NCBI GenBank assembly: GCA_030836825.1 | Contig: JAUPLR010000022.1 | Location: forward strand, 1-42,168 | DNA: 42,168 nt | Source: Campylobacterota bacterium | Lineage (GTDB): Bacteria > Campylobacterota > Campylobacteria > Campylobacterales > Sulfurimonadaceae | Reading direction: 5' to 3' | Part shown: piece after piece, positions 36,395 through 42,168 of the stretch | Numbering within the stretch: position 1 is the first letter of the stretch | Layout: every line of letters starts with the position of its first letter | Notes under the pieces: model-generated | Databases searched by the model: none | Told to the model about the DNA's origin: nothing | Seen by the model: only the letters and a program-made list of their open reading frames with translations | Position numbers and translations under genes: made by a program

Positions 36395-37267
36395 TTACCC
36401 TTTTAATTTTGTCAATCTGTCTCGCTTGGTGCCAATGGAAGTAATTTGTACCCCAAAGTTTCCATCAACAATAACTACTTCTCCCTGCGCTATGACATTA
36501 TCATCCACTAAAATATCCAAAGGGTCATTGGCTAATTGGTTGAGTTCAATCACCGAACCGATGTCCATACTTAAAACATCTTTCAAAAGCATTTTTTTCT
36601 TCCCGATACGAACACGCACCGGCAGCTTGACATCCAAAATCAGTCCAATATTTTTCATCTCTGCATCATCGAGCTTGCGGGCGTAGCTCTCTCCCTCATC
36701 ATTGCGTGATACACTTTGAGCAGAAGGCGAAGAAACCACGCTTGAAGCACTTGGCCCATCCAATGCCTCAGCAACAGCTTTATCAATCGCAAACATAATC
36801 AATGAATTGATAGCCCCTAGCGTAAAGGTAAATACAAACATTTTAGCATAAGCATCCAGATCTACATCGCCGTTATCTTCAATAAACAGCGCTTCTTCCG
36901 CTTTAATCGTAAACTTAGGAAGCTCTTTTTGCGAAGCTAACGTGGTGCTCATAGCTCCTGTAATATTGGAAATAATCTCTTTGAGTGCGTCGAGATCTTC
37001 ATCGTTCATCTCCTCTTTGCTCTCGCCATCACCGCCTAGCATCATATCGCCCAGTGCCGTTGCAAGCGATGGAGGAACCAATGCGAGTCCTTTACCGCTT
37101 GCTGCTCCAGAAAAACTCAATCGCACCAACCCAATGGGCGGAATAACATTCGAGACAATCGAAATGGTTTCGGATTCTTTAAATACAACCGAGGGCGCTT
37201 GGCCGGTAAGACCTTCGATTGTAGCTATAGCTTCTTGGGCAAATAACCCCGTAAAATCACTCATCAC
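36395..37267 (-). CDS. fliY: Flagellar switch protein FliY (CheC-like plus FliN/SpoA domain)
   Basis: C-terminal ILDVKLPVRVRIG..GEVVIVDGNFGVQI; follows fliM. Confidence 0.93.
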   Translation of the reverse strand: MMSDFTGLFAQEAIATIEGLTGQAPSVVFKESETISIVSNVIPPIGLVRLSFSGAASGKGLALVPPSLATALGDMMLGGDGESKEEMNDEDLDALKEIISNITGAMSTTLASQKELPKFTIKAEEALFIEDNGDVDLDAYAKMFVFTFTLGAINSLIMFAIDKAVAEALDGPSASSVVSSPSAQSVSRNDEGESYARKLDDAEMKNIGLILDVKLPVRVRIGKKKMLLKDVLSMDIGSVIELNQLANDPLDILVDDNVIAQGEVVIVDGNFGVQITSIGTKRDRLTKLKG

Positions 37268-38361
37268 TCATCCTCTTCAAACTCATCTACAACTTTAATA
37301 ACCTCTTTAGCGATTGCTGCGCGTGCTTTACGTTTAATCTCAAACTCTTTGAGTGCTCGCTTCACGGCATCTTTCTCCGTATCGATTTTCTTGGTTATTT
37401 GTACGGATTTTCGAAAACGGCGCAGCCCCATCTCTGCGATGAAGCGCTCTTTTCCATCCACGCTCACGCTCACAATGTCATTTGCAGCAACATTAAGCCG
37501 TAAAATATCCCCGACTTGTATATCAAGCAATTCAGTAAGCGTCAATTCCGCTATTCCCAGATTGACTTCAAAATTAACCTGAGCACCCCCCAAGAGGACT
37601 TGCAGTTCTTGGTTACGGCTTTTTTTAGAACTCGTTTCGTTGAGCATCAAATCACGGCTTGCAAGTTTTGGCAAGATAGGCTCTAGCGCAATAACCGGAT
37701 AACAAATATTCATCATTCCTGAACTGTGCCCGATGATGATCTCCATAACAACCATAACGACAATTTCATTTTGGGCAACAATTTGAACCACGTTAGGGCT
37801 TGATTCTTTCGACTCAACCTGCGGATACAAATCCGTAACAGGTCCCCATGCCTCGCGCAACGTACTCATCATAACGCGCAAGATGGTTTCAAACAAGGAA
37901 AGCTCAATATCTGAAAACTCACGATTGGCTTCAAAAGGTTCGCCACGCCCTCCTAAAATACGATCCAACATCGGGAACGCAATGGAAGGATTAATCTCTA
38001 AAACGCCGTTGCCCTCCAACGGCTTCATCGAAAAGACATTGAAACTCGTCGGATTGGGCAAAGACATTAAAAACTCGCCGTACGTCATCTGGTCGACTGA
38101 GTGCAGTTGTATCTCGACAATGGAACGCATGATCGAAGAAATTTGAGACGATATGGATCGAGCCATTTTGTCATGAATTCCGCGAAATGCACGAAGCTGC
38201 TCTTTGGATACACGGTTAGGACGCTTGAAGTCGTACAGCGTAATTTGACGATGAGAACCAAAAGAACTCTCTTCTTCGGTTTCTAACTCGCCAACATCAC
38301 CGTCATCATCAACAACGTCTAAAAGGGCGTCGATCTCTTCTTGGGATAAAATATCTGCCAT
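37264..38361 (-). CDS. fliM: Flagellar motor switch protein FliM
   Basis: ILSQEEIDALL CheY-binding peptide and YDFKRPNRVSKEQLR. Confidence 0.97.
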   Translation of the reverse strand: MADILSQEEIDALLDVVDDDGDVGELETEEESSFGSHRQITLYDFKRPNRVSKEQLRAFRGIHDKMARSISSQISSIMRSIVEIQLHSVDQMTYGEFLMSLPNPTSFNVFSMKPLEGNGVLEINPSIAFPMLDRILGGRGEPFEANREFSDIELSLFETILRVMMSTLREAWGPVTDLYPQVESKESSPNVVQIVAQNEIVVMVVMEIIIGHSSGMMNICYPVIALEPILPKLASRDLMLNETSSKKSRNQELQVLLGGAQVNFEVNLGIAELTLTELLDIQVGDILRLNVAANDIVSVSVDGKERFIAEMGLRRFRKSVQITKKIDTEKDAVKRALKEFEIKRKARAAIAKEVIKVVDEFEEDE

Positions 38362-38364
38362 GCT

Positions 38365-39051
38365 TTATCCCTCCACCGCTTCTTTAATACGTCGAATAAC
38401 CGATTTATGAATCTGTGAAATACGCGATTCCGTTATGTTCACAATCTCACTAATCTCTTTGAGGGTTAACTCTTCAAAATAGTACAGCTGTATGATCATC
38501 TGTTCACGCTCTTCAAACCCCATTAACACCTCTTTGATAGCATCCAAGAGCTCTTCATGCTCCATGCGGTCCAGCGTTCCGTCCAACTCATTTCCCAACT
38601 GATCATCCAATGGAAGTACGGTATAAATATCCGAAGCAATACGCGCATCATGAATTTTTTCAACTTCCATATCCAGTATGACCGACAACTCTAAATTAGT
38701 AGGTTCTGTATCATGCTCTGCCAAAAAATGCTCAATGGCTCTGTCAATCTCTTTGATGAGACGACGGCTTGAACGGCTCACCAAATCCAGCGATCTGAGA
38801 TAATCCAGCATGGCCCCATACACTCTCGTTTTTGCGTATCCCCAAAACGAATCATTTTGAGTTTCATCGTAACGGCGCGCAAGCTTCACAAGCTCTTCCG
38901 TTCCAATCGCACATAAATCCATATAATCAATCGAACTGGGCAATCGTTCTTTGAGCCGAAACGACATCGCCTTGACCGCAGGGAGGTATTGCAAAGCGAG
39001 CTGATCTTCAATGTGCTTCAGTTCTTGCGTGTAAATACCGGCACCGCTCAT
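38365..39051 (-). CDS. fliA: Flagellar sigma-28 factor
   Basis: RVYGAMLDYLRSLD and YYFEELTLKEI..ITESRISQIH. Confidence 0.96.
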   Translation of the reverse strand: MSGAGIYTQELKHIEDQLALQYLPAVKAMSFRLKERLPSSIDYMDLCAIGTEELVKLARRYDETQNDSFWGYAKTRVYGAMLDYLRSLDLVSRSSRRLIKEIDRAIEHFLAEHDTEPTNLELSVILDMEVEKIHDARIASDIYTVLPLDDQLGNELDGTLDRMEHEELLDAIKEVLMGFEEREQMIIQLYYFEELTLKEISEIVNITESRISQIHKSVIRRIKEAVEG

Positions 39052-39371
39052 GCTTTCCTCCGCTCATCATTGCTGAGCAACTCATCTTTATGCGCATAAT
39101 ACGCATCAATAAATTGCTCTCGTCGATTGATCTCACGCACATAGTTATCCAAACTTCGCTCATGCGCATGCTTTGGAAATCCAGGTGCTTTAACCCCTAA
39201 AGTTTGGAAATAAAAGCCTACACACAGATGTGAAAAAAGATAAAAAAAAGTAGAAATCAAAAGCGTATACATCAAGAAGTCTTCAGCGCTGTCCGATTGC
39301 AATACCCCAAATACGATACCCGCGATAAATCCCTGTACTGTAAAAAAAGCAACAAAATTCGAACCCCGCAT
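39048..39371 (-). CDS. flgV: Two-TM motility protein, FlgV-like
   Basis: 107 aa with 2 TM helices, between flhG and fliA, the position of H. pylori flgV. Call rests mainly on synteny. Confidence 0.7.
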   Translation of the reverse strand: MRGSNFVAFFTVQGFIAGIVFGVLQSDSAEDFLMYTLLISTFFYLFSHLCVGFYFQTLGVKAPGFPKHAHERSLDNYVREINRREQFIDAYYAHKDELLSNDERRKA

Positions 39372-39388
39372 GCACAGCCTTGATAAGT

Positions 39389-40261
39389 TTAGAAGTGTTC
39401 CATTAAACGCTTGAATAATCCGCTCAATCCACTCTCTTGGGGATTTACCAGCACATTTCGTTCCAATTTCTTGGCGATACGCTTCACAATCACTTCCAGC
39501 TCTGCTGAGGGTTTTGAGGTGGGAAATTCACGTGCAAAAAGTGCCCTTTTTTTCACACTTATCGCTATTTTTGGATCACTGGATATTTGTCCTAAATAAT
39601 TCAAACGCAACTTATCGCCAATGTTGGCAAGAGCCACTTTTTGTATTTTCTCAAACAGCGCTATCGCCTCCCTCTCATTATGGACTTGGTTCATTATAAC
39701 ATTGATTTCATCACGAAGACGCGATGTCATTTTTATTGTGGCGTAGGCATCGGTAATCGCCGCAGGATCAGGAACCGTTACGACAACAACATCATCGCAT
39801 GCCCGTAAAAAAAGCTGCGTATGCTCTCCAATACCCGCACCCGTATCGATAATCAAGACATCCAAATCATCCAGCATATGCGCTTCATCCATAAAACGCT
39901 CAAATATCCCCGATGAGGCATATTTGAAAATCTCCTCGCCGCTTTCTCCCGGTATGAGCACGAGGTTTTTCTCTATAGGAACCAATATCTCCTCAACGGT
40001 CGCTTCCCTTTTGAGCACATGCAAAATATTTTTTTTGATTTTCACATTGAACATAACATCGAGATTCGCCAAACCGATATCGGCGTCAAAAATGCCTACT
40101 TTCAACCCATACCTTGCCATCATATGTGCCATATTAGCGCTGATGGTACTTTTACCCACCCCGCCCTTACCGCTTGTTATCGCAATAAAACGGGTTTTTT
40201 TAAGCGCGGTTTTCTTATTTTGATTCACCAAGGCTTCGAGCTTGGCAGCTTGATGTGTCAT
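39389..40261 (-). CDS. flhG: MinD-like ATPase FlhG
   Basis: N-terminal QA.KL activator helix, SGKGGVGKST, DADIGLAN and DTGAG motifs. Confidence 0.95.
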   Translation of the reverse strand: MTHQAAKLEALVNQNKKTALKKTRFIAITSGKGGVGKSTISANMAHMMARYGLKVGIFDADIGLANLDVMFNVKIKKNILHVLKREATVEEILVPIEKNLVLIPGESGEEIFKYASSGIFERFMDEAHMLDDLDVLIIDTGAGIGEHTQLFLRACDDVVVVTVPDPAAITDAYATIKMTSRLRDEINVIMNQVHNEREAIALFEKIQKVALANIGDKLRLNYLGQISSDPKIAISVKKRALFAREFPTSKPSAELEVIVKRIAKKLERNVLVNPQESGLSGLFKRLMEHF

Positions 40262-41520
40262 GACAGCTCACCCTTGCGAAACCCATTAAGCAAACAATCA
40301 ACCAAAAAATCACTGTTCGATACTACCAAATCTTCCGGTACTTCTTGCCCTACCGAAAAATAACTGATCGGTATTTTTGTTTCATATACCAATGAGAAAA
40401 TATTACCAAATCCTCTTGTCTCATCCAGCTTAGTAAACATCATCGTATCGATCCCCAGCGGGGCAAAGTTGTCATAGGTTGCTTTGAGATCCTCGTATTT
40501 GATCGAGCTTGGCAATACCAGCACCACGTCAACGCTATAATCGGTATCATTGGAGCGCAAACATTCATGGATCTTTTCTATTTTTCCCTTGTCGTACGGA
40601 GAGCTACCCATCGTGTCAATCAAAATATAATCGCTGTAACGCAAAGAATTAAGGGCACCGGAAAACTCAGGAGGGTCCACTACCGTCTCAATGCCTAGCT
40701 TCATCATTCTTGCATACTGCATGAGCTGTTCAACCGCACCGATACGGTAGGTATCCAAAACAACCAAGCCCACTTTGTATTTTTTCTCCAAAAGGTACGA
40801 ATAACGTGCCGCCAATTTTGCAATCGAAGTCGTTTTACCCACTCCCGTAGGGCCCACAAGCATGACCACTTTTTTTCCACCCATTTTAGGAGAGGTTTCC
40901 ATGCGTACAGGAATCATCTTACGTAAAACTACTTGAAAATAGCGTTTTACCGTTTCCGAATTTTCTCGCATCTTGGAGGGCATATGCTCCAAAGTAAGCT
41001 GCATAATTTCATCGAGATGGTCTTGATTCATCCCGCTTTGCTGTGCCAAACGGTAAATTTCTGCAAACTCTGGAGGAATGGCTACGGAAGTCTTGGGCGA
41101 TTTTTCATCCCAAAACATATTTTGGATGATTTTGACTTTATCCCCAAGCTTTTCAATTTCATCTTTGATCCGTTTAAGATCTTCACTTGGAGCCTGAAAC
41201 GCTTGTTTTGGGACTCGTTCTTCTTCGGTTACTTCCGCTATTTTAGAAATCTGTTTCGCCGCCTCAGAAATGTTAAACAGTACGTCACTGCTTTTTTGCG
41301 CTAAAGGGCGCTGCTGCGCCAGCGGCTCTTTGTTTCTTGGGATTGGCTTGGATAGGAATTCTTCTTCAACGCCGACAACGATCTCATACAACGCACTCTT
41401 CCCTAGCGATTTTTTTTGAATCTCTCGGGTCTCAATGAGCATGGCATCTTCGCCCACTTCCAACTGCGCTTTTTTGAGCGCTTCGGCAGGAGTAGAGCCG
41501 CTAAAGGTCAAGATTTTCAT
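40258..41520 (-). CDS. flhF: Flagellar SRP-family GTPase FlhF
   Basis: GPTGVGKTT, DTYRIGA, DTMG, TKLDE and GQEVPEDL motifs. Confidence 0.97.
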   Translation of the reverse strand: MKILTFSGSTPAEALKKAQLEVGEDAMLIETREIQKKSLGKSALYEIVVGVEEEFLSKPIPRNKEPLAQQRPLAQKSSDVLFNISEAAKQISKIAEVTEEERVPKQAFQAPSEDLKRIKDEIEKLGDKVKIIQNMFWDEKSPKTSVAIPPEFAEIYRLAQQSGMNQDHLDEIMQLTLEHMPSKMRENSETVKRYFQVVLRKMIPVRMETSPKMGGKKVVMLVGPTGVGKTTSIAKLAARYSYLLEKKYKVGLVVLDTYRIGAVEQLMQYARMMKLGIETVVDPPEFSGALNSLRYSDYILIDTMGSSPYDKGKIEKIHECLRSNDTDYSVDVVLVLPSSIKYEDLKATYDNFAPLGIDTMMFTKLDETRGFGNIFSLVYETKIPISYFSVGQEVPEDLVVSNSDFLVDCLLNGFRKGELS

Positions 41521-42031
41521 ATCGTCTCCGTCTTTTTTGTGCGTTAGGTCCTAAACTCCGCATTGGGATAAGAACACTCAGCCGCTCTTTGTACCCAGGA
41601 TGAGGAAGCGTAAGATCAGCTTTATTCATCGTCTGGTTATCAAAGAATATCATATCCAAATCAAGCGTTCTGGGGGCATTGGCAAAACTGCGTTTACGCC
41701 CAAAATATTTTTCTATTCTTAGAAGCCGTCGCAACAGCCTATGAGGGTTCAAAGAAGTCGCTATTTCCATAACCGTATTGTCAAAATCCGCTTGTTGCGT
41801 ATATCCAAATGGCGGATTACGAACAATCACACCGTTTTGTATTGGATAAATCTGAGCGGTACGGCGCAAATAAACCCACAGACGCTCCAATCTCCGCTGT
41901 ACGTCTCCCACATTGCCACCTACCCCGACAAGGACACGGTGACGGTATCCGGTAGGTTTTTGCCGGCTATGCGGAAAACAGCGATGGATGAAAATCCTGT
42001 GTCTCTCATCCAACGGGCGTTGTAAGGGCAT
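41501..42031 (-). CDS. folK: 2-amino-4-hydroxy-6-hydroxymethyldihydropteridine diphosphokinase
   Basis: GVGGNVGD, IEKYFGRKR..PRTLDLD and LTLPHP motifs. Confidence 0.93.
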   Translation of the reverse strand: MPLQRPLDERHRIFIHRCFPHSRQKPTGYRHRVLVGVGGNVGDVQRRLERLWVYLRRTAQIYPIQNGVIVRNPPFGYTQQADFDNTVMEIATSLNPHRLLRRLLRIEKYFGRKRSFANAPRTLDLDMIFFDNQTMNKADLTLPHPGYKERLSVLIPMRSLGPNAQKRRRRYENLDL

Positions 42032-42036
42032 CCCAA

Positions 42037-42168
42037 TTACTCCTGCGGTGCACCTTGCTGTGCAGCACGTATTGCGTTGATCTCACTCAACACTTGTATC
42101 ATTCCTACCATCGCCAAATGGTACCCAAACGGCCCAAATCCGATAATCGAAGAGGTGCACGCAGGCGC
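42037..42168 (-). CDS. aroQ: Type II 3-dehydroquinate dehydratase, C-terminal part (runs off window end)
   Basis: Hand translation APACTSSIIGFGPFGYHLAMVGMIQVLSEINAIRAAQQGAPQE*. The I.GFG..GY.LA motif and the aroQ-folK-flhF order match Campylobacter. Confidence 0.85.
   Translation of the reverse strand, partial: APACTSSIIGFGPFGYHLAMVGMIQVLSEINAIRAAQQGAPQE

Noticed and set aside
41940-42031. Basic N-terminal extension and GGN instead of GSN in FolK
   Set aside because: As I recall, common in Campylobacterota FolK; the catalytic DLD motif is intact.
1-42168. CRISPR arrays, IS elements, prophage or multi-gene defence systems
   Set aside because: No regularly spaced repeats, transposase, integrase or phage proteins were seen; nearly all of the window is explained by core genes.

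Overview
A gene-dense, mostly housekeeping chromosomal segment from a Campylobacterota bacterium. Gene order and protein style suggest a free-living Sulfuricurvum/Sulfurimonas-like organism; this is inference, not a database result. Left to right it contains: (i) a minus-strand operon yajC-secD-secF-leuS-lptE-GGDEF-folC-mfd-rlmC(partial); (ii) lnt, a stand-alone biotin carboxylase, cysK-pabC-like, a conserved hypothetical and a LysR regulator; (iii) uvrD/pcrA-truB-csrA-ispE-smpB; (iv) the TPR-nif3-Zn-ribbon-waaA-[islet]-RluA-family-ffh-rpsP-khpA-rimM-trmD-rplS block; (v) ppk1-gamma-CA-TRIC-mtgA; (vi) aroQ(partial)-folK-flhF-flhG-flgV-fliA-fliM-fliY-LOG-mnmA. I see no rRNA, tRNA, CRISPR array, transposase or prophage. 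The only clearly accessory DNA is a ~0.75 kb islet (about 26340-27095) with a RelE/ParE toxin, an antitoxin I cannot assign to a family, a truncated XRE-HTH gene and a dRS3/REP-like palindrome. The most promising new hypotheses are a possible unrecognised SspB-like ClpX adaptor (16043-16513) near smpB and a two-hairpin RNA structure with overlapping stems between ffh and rpsP. Also notable are the absence of the csd1/ccmA cell-shape genes between folC and mfd and an RlmC-like gene coupled to mfd. None is proven; each comes with a test.
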